Part shown: piece by piece, positions 17,395-26,871 of the stretch
Layout: the number at the start of each line of letters is the position of its first letter
How positions within the stretch are numbered: the stretch's first letter is position 1
From: Collinsella sp.
GTDB lineage: Bacteria > Actinomycetota > Coriobacteriia > Coriobacteriales > Coriobacteriaceae
Assembly (NCBI GenBank): GCA_036302525.1
Contig: JAXJCG010000008.1
Location: forward strand, 106,822 to 170,821
DNA: 64,000 nt
Reading direction: 5' to 3'
The notes under the pieces: generated by a model
What the model saw: the letters and a program-made list of their open reading frames with translations, nothing else
The model's database searches: none
What the model was told of the DNA's origin: nothing
Translations under genes and position numbers: made by a program

Positions 17395-17846
17395 GGATCG
17401 ACCGTCACCGCACGTTCATGCGTGAGCACGGCCGGCGCCCCCAGGGAAACGCCGGCGATGCTCAGCAAACTCGGCCACGGCTCGTAGTGCATGGTGCAGG
17501 TATAGGTCCTAAACGTGCCAGAAAGAGAGAGCAGACTACCATCCGATGACGCCGTGCCTTGCTCGCTCGAGACCTCGACCTGTAGGTCATATCCCTCCAT
17601 GGCATCCTGAATCTGAGCTTGAACGGTCGCGGAAGCGTCAATGGAGCTCTCGTCACCCTCCCCGCCCGGCGCCACAGCGTGCGCAAGCACGATGTCGGGC
17701 ACCACGCGGTCGAAGCGCGCGACCGCGCCTGCAAAGATCATGACGTTGTACGCGACGAGAGCCAGCACGAGCAGGACAGGCGTGACCACGGCCATCTCGA
17801 CCGTCGCCTGGGCACGCTCCTCGCGCAAGCCCGCGCGAATGCCCAT
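17370..17846 (-). CDS. TadE-like pseudopilin
   Basis: Start at the TAATG overlap with the upstream gene. N-terminus REERAQATVEMAVVTPVLLVLALV is a TadE-type leader plus hydrophobic helix. Confidence 0.7.
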   Translation of the reverse strand: MGIRAGLREERAQATVEMAVVTPVLLVLALVAYNVMIFAGAVARFDRVVPDIVLAHAVAPGGEGDESSIDASATVQAQIQDAMEGYDLQVEVSSEQGTASSDGSLLSLSGTFRTYTCTMHYEPWPSLLSIAGVSLGAPAVLTHERAVTVDPWRPGVVM

Positions 17847-20011
17847 TACGACCCACCGCCAAAAGCTCCCACCAGCGTGGCAACATCGACAGTGAGCGGG
17901 ATGGAGCGGCCACCGGGCAGCGGGATCTCCGCAAGCGTGAACACCGCGCTGCTGATGGTGCGCTCGACGTGATATTCCAAGGCCTCGCAAAGTGCCTTGG
18001 GGTCAGTCACGCCCAAGGGGATTTTTCGCAGGGTATCTTGAGTTTTGGAGATGCCTGCGATATCGGACCCCGGACTTTTGATGACATTGGCGGTATCGGT
18101 CAGCACCGGTTTTCGCAGACGCAAATCGCACGGTTCGAGCCCCAGCGCCGCCACGGAGGACGAGACGGTGTCACCGAGCCTGGACGCGATGGAGCCCAAC
18201 GCGCCGCTACCCCCTCCCAAGCCACCGATCAGCTCTCCCATAAGCTCGTCGGCCGCACCCTGGATGTCTCCGTACCCCACAAGCAGGCGGCCCCAAACAT
18301 CCATAGCACCGTCGAGCACGCCGGCAACGCCGCCCGAACGCTCCTCCAGCGTCGAGAAAAACCGCGAGAGAACGTTATTTTGTGCCGTCGCATCATCGGG
18401 TGCGAGTACTGCAGCAGAAATTGCACCACGATCGCCAAGCTCGACTGCCGTGCTAAACGAAGAGTTGAGCTCGTCGGGACTGGAGATGGCGCCCGAGACC
18501 GCAAAGGCGACCACGCCGTTGCGACCGGGCGGGGCGATGCGCGGACGCTCACCGGATAGTTCTTTGATGGCGGTATCGAACGCATTGCCCGCACGGTCGG
18601 CTTCGTCCTCGGTCTGACGCTCGAGTTCGAGTTCCTTGTTGCGACAGTCGACGTAGTCCTCCAGGGCGTCTTTAAACTTGTCAAAGTGATACTCGAAGCC
18701 GTTTTCGATAGAGGTTGAAGGCGCCGCAACAGCACCAAGCGACGAAACGCCAAAATGGCATTTGCTGCATTTATCCTGCCCATCGTAATCGGCAACCGAA
18801 GCAAATCCGCTCGGCGTTCCTTTCTTATAGTTAGGGCAGGTCGTCCCGTAATGCAGATACGCCTTGTCATCGTTCATGCTCGTCGGCCACACCGCATCGG
18901 TATAGAGTTCCGTCGCCCGAACCTCATCAGAGTTGCGCGGCAGCAGCGGAATATAGGAGGAAACCCTGTCTCCGTTCTCAGTTATATATGCCCGATCGAC
19001 CTCCGCACTCACATAGGTATAAAACGCCTTACGCGCCGCAGACTCTGCCTTCATCTCGACACTCGAGCCTTGGGGCTTCTCGCTTGCCAGACGCCGATGG
19101 TAGTAGTCCTTCGAGCGATTGAGCGCCACTTGGGGCTCCCACGTAACGCTCGATGAGTAATGCGGATTTTGAACACCGGAGAGATCCGTTAGGCTTTTTG
19201 CGCGCTCCCACATACACGAACAGCTGCCGACCGAACCTTTATCCGACCCACCGCAATCCGCTAGCCAGGCGCGCTCTTTGGCCTTCGCCGTCTCCTCCGA
19301 TGCTTTTTGCAGCTCCTCGGCCGCGCGTTCCAAATCTTCCGATGCATCTTTAATGGCATCGGTCGAAATCTCGGACCCTTCGAGCGCAACAAAATCCGAC
19401 TCGGATGTCCTGGGCACGGCGAGCGCCGTACCGGTATAGGTCACGCCGTCGGTATCCTGCGCCGATACTGCCTGCATGGCGCGCGCGGCAACCAGGTACG
19501 GCAAGGCGGTCTCGATCTTTTGCAGGCCCTTTGCCGCGCTTTTAGCAAACTTGTTACGCGTTTTAATGATCTGGGTTCCCGTATCGATGATATCGCTGCC
19601 GACAACCTCGGCGCCCGGAATGAGAATGGCAACCAAGCCGGTGCCGATCGTGGCAAACCCCGCCAGGCCCAAACTCAAAATGCTCGCATCGACCACCGTG
19701 GCGGCTGTGTGATAGGACGACACCACGTTGGCGCCCGCCAGTGCACCGCTATCGGCCGCCACCTGGGTATCTCCGGCGCGCGACATGCTCCATATCGCCG
19801 CGGTCGACGAAAACAGCAGCGTAAGCACCGCCAGAATGACAACCGCAGAGGAGAGCGTGGTATAGGCCCCGTCTTCGATAAACAAGTCGATACCGGCACG
19901 GCCCATAAAGCCGCCCCGCTTGCGGCGAGCGCCTGGTCGACGGCGAGCCGCAAACCCTTGCGTCACCCGCAGCAGGCAGCGCCTAATCCCATGCAGCAAT
20001 CCATGAATCAT
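17846..20011 (-). CDS. large TadG-like pilus-associated protein (721 aa)
   Basis: GGAGGGAG lies before the ATG at 20011. A TM helix is followed by the AADSGALAGANVV motif typical of the TadG N-terminal domain. The remainder is unrecognised and Cys-containing. Confidence 0.65.
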   Translation of the reverse strand: MIHGLLHGIRRCLLRVTQGFAARRRPGARRKRGGFMGRAGIDLFIEDGAYTTLSSAVVILAVLTLLFSSTAAIWSMSRAGDTQVAADSGALAGANVVSSYHTAATVVDASILSLGLAGFATIGTGLVAILIPGAEVVGSDIIDTGTQIIKTRNKFAKSAAKGLQKIETALPYLVAARAMQAVSAQDTDGVTYTGTALAVPRTSESDFVALEGSEISTDAIKDASEDLERAAEELQKASEETAKAKERAWLADCGGSDKGSVGSCSCMWERAKSLTDLSGVQNPHYSSSVTWEPQVALNRSKDYYHRRLASEKPQGSSVEMKAESAARKAFYTYVSAEVDRAYITENGDRVSSYIPLLPRNSDEVRATELYTDAVWPTSMNDDKAYLHYGTTCPNYKKGTPSGFASVADYDGQDKCSKCHFGVSSLGAVAAPSTSIENGFEYHFDKFKDALEDYVDCRNKELELERQTEDEADRAGNAFDTAIKELSGERPRIAPPGRNGVVAFAVSGAISSPDELNSSFSTAVELGDRGAISAAVLAPDDATAQNNVLSRFFSTLEERSGGVAGVLDGAMDVWGRLLVGYGDIQGAADELMGELIGGLGGGSGALGSIASRLGDTVSSSVAALGLEPCDLRLRKPVLTDTANVIKSPGSDIAGISKTQDTLRKIPLGVTDPKALCEALEYHVERTISSAVFTLAEIPLPGGRSIPLTVDVATLVGAFGGGS

Positions 20012-20495
20012 AATCTCCCTCCAGCCATTCGGGACGCGATCGATACGAGACGTCGACCTTGAGCTCGACATAGCCGCCCTCACCCGCGCTGCCCATGGCC
20101 CGCGCGAATGCACCGATCACGGGCAGCGGCTTAACCTCGCCGGCAACAGACACGGACGAAACGCCGCCGGCACCGGCCCGCCCTAACTCGATATCCCACG
20201 ACAGCGGCCCGCCGGCATGAAAAATCGAGACGTTGGGCACCGCGGCAAGTCTGCGGCGAGTGAACTCCTTAAGGTCATCGTCGTCCTCCACCGTCGTCGT
20301 GGTCATAAGCCGCGCGGTCTCGGCGGCGGCAGACTCCATGACCGCACGCGTATAGAGCAGGCACACCGGCTGCAACGCGAGCAAGATAAGTGTCAAAAAC
20401 GTCGGCAGCAAAAAGGCGGCCTCGACCGTAGATTGCGCCCGATCCTCGCACGCGATATCAATACAGAGCGATGTCCTTGGCACCCGTCGCGGCAT
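19983..20495 (-). CDS. TadE-like pseudopilin (start uncertain)
   Basis: EDRAQSTVEAAFLLPTFLTLILLAL leader/helix. The nearest in-frame ATG at 20495 overlaps the upstream gene and has no clear SD. Confidence 0.55.
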   Translation of the reverse strand: MPRRVPRTSLCIDIACEDRAQSTVEAAFLLPTFLTLILLALQPVCLLYTRAVMESAAAETARLMTTTTVEDDDDLKEFTRRRLAAVPNVSIFHAGGPLSWDIELGRAGAGGVSSVSVAGEVKPLPVIGAFARAMGSAGEGGYVELKVDVSYRSRPEWLEGDYDSWIAAWD

Positions 20496-20676
20496 CGATA
20501 ACCGACGATGGGGCGACGCCATGAGACGCCGCCCGCTCGACCAGTGCCGCCAAGCGCCCATCGGCGCCAGCGCGCCAAAGCCCCGCAATCGCCAGCACAA
20601 TCGATAACAGCGCCACGGTGACGATGGCGTATTCGACGGTCGACTGAGCAGATTCCTCACGCAGGACATCATGCAT
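20458..20676 (-). CDS. Flp-like small pilin/pseudopilin (72 aa) lacking the processing Gly
   Basis: AAGGAGGGG SD. REESAQSTVEYAIVTVALLSIVLAIAGL parallels the Flp pilin but has S where Flp has G. Confidence 0.6.
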   Translation of the reverse strand: MHDVLREESAQSTVEYAIVTVALLSIVLAIAGLWRAGADGRLAALVERAASHGVAPSSVIDAATGAKDIALY

Positions 20677-20677
20677 T

Positions 20678-21241
20678 TCACGACCCCTCCTTTGACTCCG
20701 TTGTTTGCGGAACCAGACGCACGGCACGCAGGCGGCACGAGGCATCGCCGGCATCCGCAGCAACCGTCACCATATCGACCCAGCCTCGCCCATCGCGCAC
20801 GATGGCGCCCCATACGTTGCCCTTAATATCGAGATAGCCGCTCAGGGCGAGCTGGGCCGTGGGCACCTCGCGGTAGGCGCGCAACAGGTCTGCCGCCGCC
20901 TCGGTCATCGGCCGGTCCTCGGACCATGCGAGCCGAACCGCGATCGCGTTGCCTGCAGACGGCTCCGTCGCGCTGGCAGCCCGCTCGTCGAGTGCCTGTA
21001 AAAAGGTCTGAGCCGTGACGGCGGCATTCCGACCGCCCATATCTCGCGCGCCTTCCGCTTGTGACACCGCCGCCGAGCCCGATCCCAAATCGGCAGCAGC
21101 GCCTGGACGCTGCTGCCGCGCAACACCCAGCCCCCAAAGCGTCACCGCTATTGCTACGAGCAAACAGACGAGCACCAGCGGCGAACCAACAGGCCGCCTG
21201 CCTCCTACAGGCTGTTGATGCCGTCTTTGATCGCGTTCCAT
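20678..21241 (-). CDS. hypothetical membrane-anchored protein in the tad cluster
   Basis: 187-aa ORF with a single N-terminal TM helix (LVLVCLLVAIAVTLWGLGV). It overlaps the flp stop by 37 nt, so the start is uncertain. Confidence 0.5.
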   Translation of the reverse strand: MERDQRRHQQPVGGRRPVGSPLVLVCLLVAIAVTLWGLGVARQQRPGAAADLGSGSAAVSQAEGARDMGGRNAAVTAQTFLQALDERAASATEPSAGNAIAVRLAWSEDRPMTEAAADLLRAYREVPTAQLALSGYLDIKGNVWGAIVRDGRGWVDMVTVAADAGDASCRLRAVRLVPQTTESKEGS

Positions 21242-21438
21242 AGTTCTTCGACTTTGCTCTTAAACGCGACGATGGCGATAATCGCGATCACTACGAGCAC
21301 GCCGACCAAGATGGCGTATTCGGTAGTGCCCTGCGCGCTCTCCTCCCGCAACAGCGCCTTGGCACGCTGGCGAGCGCGGATTGCCCGGCAAAAAGCCCAG
21401 CTCCAAGCCTTGCCCGCAATGTCGGTCATCGTGTTCAT
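21205..21438 (-). CDS. flp: Flp family type IVb pilin
   Basis: GGGAGGAA SD. Leader then G/TTEYAILVGVLVVIAIIAIVAF, the Flp motif. Confidence 0.85.
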   Translation of the reverse strand: MNTMTDIAGKAWSWAFCRAIRARQRAKALLREESAQGTTEYAILVGVLVVIAIIAIVAFKSKVEELWNAIKDGINSL

Positions 21439-21448
21439 GTATTCCTCC

Positions 21449-22090
21449 CTACATCATCCCGCCTGCTCCCAGCAGCGGGCCCAATATGGACAGAAGCAAC
21501 GCCGGCAAGATGAGCGTGCCGGTGGGAATCAGCAACTTGACCGGCGCGCGCTCAATCTCGCGCTCGACTGCGGCGCGATGAGCCGCACGGATCTCGCGAC
21601 TTTGAGCAGCCAGCGTCTCGGCCAGCGGAGCGCCCAGGGCAAGCGCCTGCCCCACCGTGATGGCAAAGGTCTCAAGCGCCCTCACGTCCAAATCACGCGC
21701 GGCAGCCAACAACTCGGCCTCGCGCGTCCCCACGCCCACCTGCCATGCCATGCAGGCTCGCTCAAGACGGACGGCCAGCACCGACCGACGATTGGCACAG
21801 AAAATCTCGAGCGCCGCATCAAATGAAAGGCCGGCAGAAAGCCCCAGGCGCACCACGTCGATCATCTCGGACGCCTCACCGAGCGACACCCGCGCCGGGC
21901 CGCCCACCCCAATTGCGCCCTTCATTCGCGCGGTCAGGGCATCAATCACCAAGCGGCCCGCGGCAATGACCAGTACCGCCTCACGCTTGCACGTCTCTGC
22001 AATCTTGCGGGCATCCGCACGCTCCAAACCTGTCGCGGCAAATACGCTCAGGGCACACAGACAAGCCGCGACCCCGACCAGGGCGCTCAT
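21449..22090 (-). CDS. tadC: type II secretion system F-family protein (TadC-like)
   Basis: ATGA overlap with tadB. Polytopic, with a T2SSF-like C-terminus (REIERAPVKLLIPTGTLILPALLL). Confidence 0.75.
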   Translation of the reverse strand: MSALVGVAACLCALSVFAATGLERADARKIAETCKREAVLVIAAGRLVIDALTARMKGAIGVGGPARVSLGEASEMIDVVRLGLSAGLSFDAALEIFCANRRSVLAVRLERACMAWQVGVGTREAELLAAARDLDVRALETFAITVGQALALGAPLAETLAAQSREIRAAHRAAVEREIERAPVKLLIPTGTLILPALLLSILGPLLGAGGMM

Positions 22091-23013
22091 AACTCCACCC
22101 GCATAATGCGCCGGATAACTACCAGGGCAACGACGTTGAGGGCAAGCCCCAGCACCACGGCGCCCGCACCAGCCGGCGTCGCAAGACCGCGGCGAAAGTC
22201 TGCCGAAAGCAAAGCCAGCACCGCGCACATGCCCGCCGGCATCGCCGCGACCATGTGTGCCGACATACGCGCCTGTGACGTCTTAACGTCCAGACGGCGT
22301 TTGAGCTCAATGCGCTCACCCACCATGCTCGACGCCTCGGACAGCAAGCCGGCAAGCGGAGCCCCGGTACGTTGCGATACTTTGAGCGCCAAGGTGACAA
22401 GCGAAAGGCCGGGGGCATCGATGCGAACGAGTAGGTCATCGAGTGCGTCGGTCGCCGAGATACCGCAATCGATTGCCGCCGCCACCCGCAAAAACTCGGT
22501 ATGCACCGGCTCTTGCGCATGGGCGCCCACAAAGCGCATGCCCTGTGCCAGCGAATGCCCCGAGGCAAGCGACATGGATAACGCCGTGAATGCCTCGGGC
22601 ATGGCCTCTTCTACATCATGCTGTTCGCGTCGGCGATCGAAGGCGTCACGCGCGGCGCCCACGCCAAACGGCGTCACCAGCCCCAAGACAAAGCCGATGG
22701 GCGACAACGACGCAACGGCCAGCAAAACGCTGCAGATACCGCTCGACAGCAGCAGAAATGCCAGACGAGCCGCGTTATCCTCAATAGCAAGCCCAAGGCG
22801 ATCTGCGGGGACCAGCGATGCCCACGAGCGGGCAATCTTTGTCAGCAGATCGTTTTCCACCAGCTCACGCGGCAGCTTCTCTGCCACCGTCTCGAGCGCC
22901 TGACGCGCCAGCTCCGCCGGCGGCACCTGCGGCACACGAGGTTCCGCCCCGCACGCCGTCGCAACAGAAAACCCTGCCAAACCCCCTACGACGAGGGGCA
23001 CAGCGACCTCCAT
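22087..23013 (-). CDS. tadB: type II secretion system F-family protein (TadB-like)
   Basis: Polytopic membrane protein adjacent to the CpaF ATPase, with T2SSF-type helices. Confidence 0.75.
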   Translation of the reverse strand: MEVAVPLVVGGLAGFSVATACGAEPRVPQVPPAELARQALETVAEKLPRELVENDLLTKIARSWASLVPADRLGLAIEDNAARLAFLLLSSGICSVLLAVASLSPIGFVLGLVTPFGVGAARDAFDRRREQHDVEEAMPEAFTALSMSLASGHSLAQGMRFVGAHAQEPVHTEFLRVAAAIDCGISATDALDDLLVRIDAPGLSLVTLALKVSQRTGAPLAGLLSEASSMVGERIELKRRLDVKTSQARMSAHMVAAMPAGMCAVLALLSADFRRGLATPAGAGAVVLGLALNVVALVVIRRIMRVEL

Positions 23014-24314
23014 TCGTCCACCTCCTCTTGTGTGAGCGTCCCCGACCGCAGGCCTTCTGCGATAAACGGCGGCTCGCGGTCAAGCGTCCAGGTGCGCTCG
23101 GCGGCATCGAAAGTCACATAGCGCTCGAGCTCTACGCCGCCCGACGCGGCGCGACGCACCCCCGAATACGAGGAGACGAAACGCCTGCCATCGGCGTGGC
23201 GCTCAGACATCACGATGCCGTCGAGCGCCATGGCAATCTGCTCCTCGATGAGCTCGCTCGGCAGATCGATGCCATAACGCGCAAGCAACGTCAGACGCAC
23301 CACGGTCTCCTGTTCTGAACCCGCATGAAGTGTGGTGAGCGACCCGTCGTGGCCCGTATTCATGGCCTGCAACATGTCGCAGCACTCGGCACCGCGCACC
23401 TCGCCCACCACGATGCGGTCGGGGCGCATGCGCAGGGCATTGGTCACCAGGTCGCGGATCGTCACCGCGCCCTCGCCCTCAATTGAAGCCTCGCGCGCCT
23501 CTAGACGCACCACGTGCGGATGATGCGCAAACTTGAGCTCGGCAGAGTCCTCGATCGTCACGATGCGCTCGCCGGTGGAAATCTCACATGACAACGCGTT
23601 GAGCAGGGTGGTCTTACCAGATCCCGTGCCTCCCGCAACCGCCAGGTCCTGTCGCAGCGACACCGCGCACGACAACAGCTGCGCATACCAAAGCGGCAGC
23701 GACCCCAGCCCCACAAGCTCGTCCAGCGAGCAGATGCGGTCCGAGAACTTTCGGATGGTGAGAATCGGTCCGTCAATCGCCACAGGCGGAATCACCGCGT
23801 TGACGCGATAGCCCGTTTTGAGGCGGGCGTTGACGATGGGGCTGCGCTCGTCGATACGGCGGCCAAGTGGCGAGATGATGCGGTCGATAAGCACACGGAT
23901 CTGCTCATCATCCTCAAACGCATGCTCGATGGGGTGCAAGACGCCGCCGCGTTCAAAGAAAGCCGAGCGGCAGCCGTTAATCATGATCTCGGTAACGGTG
24001 TCGTCCTCGATGAGCGGCTGCAACGGCCCCAAGCCCACCACGTCATCCAAAATCTCGTCGATGATGGTCTCGCGCTCGGACGTCGCGAGATCAGTCGGCT
24101 CCTCAACATTGAGCGCCGCCTCCACCGCGGGACGCAATTCCGAGCGGGCAAGTGCCGGGTCGATATAGGCGCTGATACGCGCCACTTCGTCGTAACCCAT
24201 GCGGTCCATCACGGCGCGCTTGGTGCGTCGTTTCACCGCGCGGCGACGCCCCGCATCTACAGGCGCTGCCCCCGCTGCAGCGCCGGCAGCCTTAATCCTC
24301 GTTTGCAGGCTCAT
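22986..24314 (-). CDS. tadA: CpaF/TadA family pilus assembly ATPase
   Basis: Walker [15 protein letters not shown], Walker [11 protein letters not shown], His box, LVGEVRGAE. Confidence 0.92.
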   Translation of the reverse strand: MSLQTRIKAAGAAAGAAPVDAGRRRAVKRRTKRAVMDRMGYDEVARISAYIDPALARSELRPAVEAALNVEEPTDLATSERETIIDEILDDVVGLGPLQPLIEDDTVTEIMINGCRSAFFERGGVLHPIEHAFEDDEQIRVLIDRIISPLGRRIDERSPIVNARLKTGYRVNAVIPPVAIDGPILTIRKFSDRICSLDELVGLGSLPLWYAQLLSCAVSLRQDLAVAGGTGSGKTTLLNALSCEISTGERIVTIEDSAELKFAHHPHVVRLEAREASIEGEGAVTIRDLVTNALRMRPDRIVVGEVRGAECCDMLQAMNTGHDGSLTTLHAGSEQETVVRLTLLARYGIDLPSELIEEQIAMALDGIVMSERHADGRRFVSSYSGVRRAASGGVELERYVTFDAAERTWTLDREPPFIAEGLRSGTLTQEEVDEWRSLCPSS

Positions 24315-25963
24315 CGCTGATCACCCTCGCGCGACCAGGGAAGGCGGATACGCGGGCGTTCGGTGCGCGTTGCACGGTCGGCGACCATATCGCTCCAAGG
24401 GCCGACGGCGCACCCCAGTTCCACGAGCATCTCGCGCGTGGCCTCGCGCACGCTGGTCGCAAAAGCGCTGGTCTGCCCCACTGCCTCATCAGCGCGCCCA
24501 AACGCCATGAGCGCGGCGAGATCCTGCCCGCCATCGGCGATACGAATCTTGGAGCTCAACGCACAGGCAATCTCAAAGCGCATGGCGACGTCCTCGTCTG
24601 CCCCGCGCGCACCGAACCGGTTGAACACGGCGCTCATGCGCGTGCGCGGCACACCTACTCGACTTGCCAGTTCAATGACGCGCGACGCCGATGTCGCGGA
24701 CGACACCGCAGCATCGCCAACGATCAGGCAACGGTCGCTCGCCGCCACCGCAGCCGCCACGGCGTCGCCCCAAAAGACCGAGGTATCGATAAAGACCACG
24801 TCGGATTCGCGACGCAGAACATCAAGCAGTAGCTCCACCGGACATGCCATGAGCTCGGCTTGCTCGGGCGCCGCGACGGGACCCCAGAGCGTAACGCCCG
24901 GCGCCACGCGCATCGATGCGGCCACGATATCCGGCTCGGCAAGCGCGCCCGCCACCGACGGCTCGATAAGTGCCGCCATATCGCGCGGAGCATCGACGCC
25001 TAACAAGTCGTAAAGGTTTCCAAACATCAGGTCCAGGTCGAGCACGGCGGCACGCAAGCCCAACAGCGACGATGTGTGTGCCATGGTGGCAATGATCGTC
25101 GACTTGCCGCAACCGCCCGAACCCGAAATGGCGCAGATGACCGGAGCTCGATGCTGCGGAGCGGCAGCGTCTGCCGGCGGCATCGGAGGCGGCGGGGCGG
25201 GCGTCGGTGACAGCGTCCCCGTCTCCCCCGCCGCAACCACACGCTGCGTCCAAGCCGGCATGGCAGCTTGTTCGGTCTGCGAGGCAGGCTCGTTCTGTGC
25301 AATCTGCTCATGCTGCATCAGCGACAACTCGCCGCACCCGGCAAAGCCCTCAACTTCGTCGAGTTCATCCGCCAGATTCACGCCGTGCACGTATCCCATA
25401 TCTACAGCCGGGGAGTCGCCAGCATGCTGCGCCGGCTCTCCAGCGTCATCGTATACAAGGGGGTTCCGGGGGCGCCGACCATGCTCGGCTTCCGCTTTTC
25501 CATAATCATCAACACGCGGGCCTCTTGTAGCGCGAGGCGCCCCGGGTTCCCTATCAACAAAAGCATCGGGCTCAATCGTCATGCACCGATCGGAATCAAC
25601 CGCTCCCTCGCCCGCGCGCCCGTTGCCGCATATACTGTGCGCAGCGATGACCTCGGTCGCCCCTGCGCGAAACAGCCCCTCGATATCCGATGGATCGAGT
25701 GCTTCTATCAACACGACCACGCGACTCACGCGGCCTTCGGCCGTCAGGCGCGCAACAGTCTTGCGCACATCTTCGGTATCAAACAGAGACGCCGCGATGA
25801 TGGCAGCCCCGCGGCGCGACGGAAACGCCCGCGCCATGGAAACCAGCCCGTCCAGGTCACCCACGCGAAGCACCTGTGCACCCGTATCACGGCCCTCGAC
25901 TTCCCGCTGCAACAGCCCGTAATCGCCGCACGCGCAGCACGCAAGCCAGATCGCCTTCATCAC
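24311..25963 (-). CDS. TadZ/CpaE-like protein: receiver-like N-domain, Pro-rich linker, ParA/MinD-type ATPase
   Basis: Deviant Walker A ISGSGGCGKSTIIATMAH. Lies between cpaB and tadA as in other tad loci. Confidence 0.75.
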   Translation of the reverse strand: MMKAIWLACCACGDYGLLQREVEGRDTGAQVLRVGDLDGLVSMARAFPSRRGAAIIAASLFDTEDVRKTVARLTAEGRVSRVVVLIEALDPSDIEGLFRAGATEVIAAHSICGNGRAGEGAVDSDRCMTIEPDAFVDREPGAPRATRGPRVDDYGKAEAEHGRRPRNPLVYDDAGEPAQHAGDSPAVDMGYVHGVNLADELDEVEGFAGCGELSLMQHEQIAQNEPASQTEQAAMPAWTQRVVAAGETGTLSPTPAPPPPMPPADAAAPQHRAPVICAISGSGGCGKSTIIATMAHTSSLLGLRAAVLDLDLMFGNLYDLLGVDAPRDMAALIEPSVAGALAEPDIVAASMRVAPGVTLWGPVAAPEQAELMACPVELLLDVLRRESDVVFIDTSVFWGDAVAAAVAASDRCLIVGDAAVSSATSASRVIELASRVGVPRTRMSAVFNRFGARGADEDVAMRFEIACALSSKIRIADGGQDLAALMAFGRADEAVGQTSAFATSVREATREMLVELGCAVGPWSDMVADRATRTERPRIRLPWSREGDQR

Positions 25964-26634
25964 TCGTCGCCTCCGCTCTTTTTGCCGCGCACCGTGGAGG
26001 GAATCGTCAAGCTGACCGTTCCCTTGCCCGATGCCCCCAGCAGTTCCTTGACGTCTTCGGGGTCAGCCGCCAGCGTCACCCATTCGATCTTGCCCTCGCG
26101 CGTGGCACCGGAATCTTCACTGGTATCGATCACGTACGCGCCGCACAACCGATCGGTTACGCCGTCTTTTTGCACATACACATCCACGTAGCTGCCCACG
26201 CCCGTAGCACCGCCGACCGAGTGCTCGGCATCGACCGCCACCGAAACGGCGACCTTGCCCTTAGGCACCTCGAGCTTGTGACTCTCGGCCTTGGTGTAGA
26301 CATTGCAGATCACGGCGTTTTTGGGAATACGCGAAGTCGTCACGTCGCCGCGCACCTGGCGCAGCTCGGTCGCCGCGTCACGCGGCAACAGGCTCGTCAG
26401 CCATTCCTGGGTTATGACATTGGTCTCATCGAGGGTCTCGCCCACATCGATATCGCGCGCCGCGACGCATACCTCGACGCGATCGCCACCGTACTTGGCC
26501 AAGGTCTCAGCCTGGACCTGTTCGGCTTGCGAGCGGATCGACGAGCCGTAAACCATGCAGAGCAGAGCAGCGAGCACGCCCGCGACCAGACTGATAGCGA
26601 TGCGCTTGCTCTTGTTCACGGCCGCTCCTCTCAT
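25960..26634 (-). CDS. cpaB: Flp pilus assembly protein CpaB/RcpC-like (SAF domain)
   Basis: N-terminal TM helix, then VCVAARDIDVGETLDETNV (SAF-like). A GTG at 26619 with AGAGGAG upstream may be the true start. Confidence 0.75.
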   Translation of the reverse strand: MRGAAVNKSKRIAISLVAGVLAALLCMVYGSSIRSQAEQVQAETLAKYGGDRVEVCVAARDIDVGETLDETNVITQEWLTSLLPRDAATELRQVRGDVTTSRIPKNAVICNVYTKAESHKLEVPKGKVAVSVAVDAEHSVGGATGVGSYVDVYVQKDGVTDRLCGAYVIDTSEDSGATREGKIEWVTLAADPEDVKELLGASGKGTVSLTIPSTVRGKKSGGDE

Positions 26635-26818
26635 GGCAGTGCCGGGCGAATGCCCGTACCACCATTGTCTGGGCGGTCAGAGCGCAAAGCGGCGCAATCG
26701 CGATCTTGGTTTTCGATGTCAAACCAATCGCTGACCAAAAGCTGACCAGCCCGTCAAGCTCGTGGCAAGGTTTTGGTCAGCACGTCAGCAAACTGCATGT
26801 TTCGAGGCTTTTCCGCAG

Positions 26819-26854
26819 CAAAAAAGCCGTCTCCCGAACAGTTGGGAGACGGCT
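26819..26854 (-). terminator. rho-independent terminator of rsgA
   Basis: Minus strand reads AGCCGTCTCCC-AACTGTTC-GGGAGACGGCT followed by TTTTTTG. Confidence 0.75.
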
Positions 26855-26871
26855 GTCATAGGAAAAATCAA

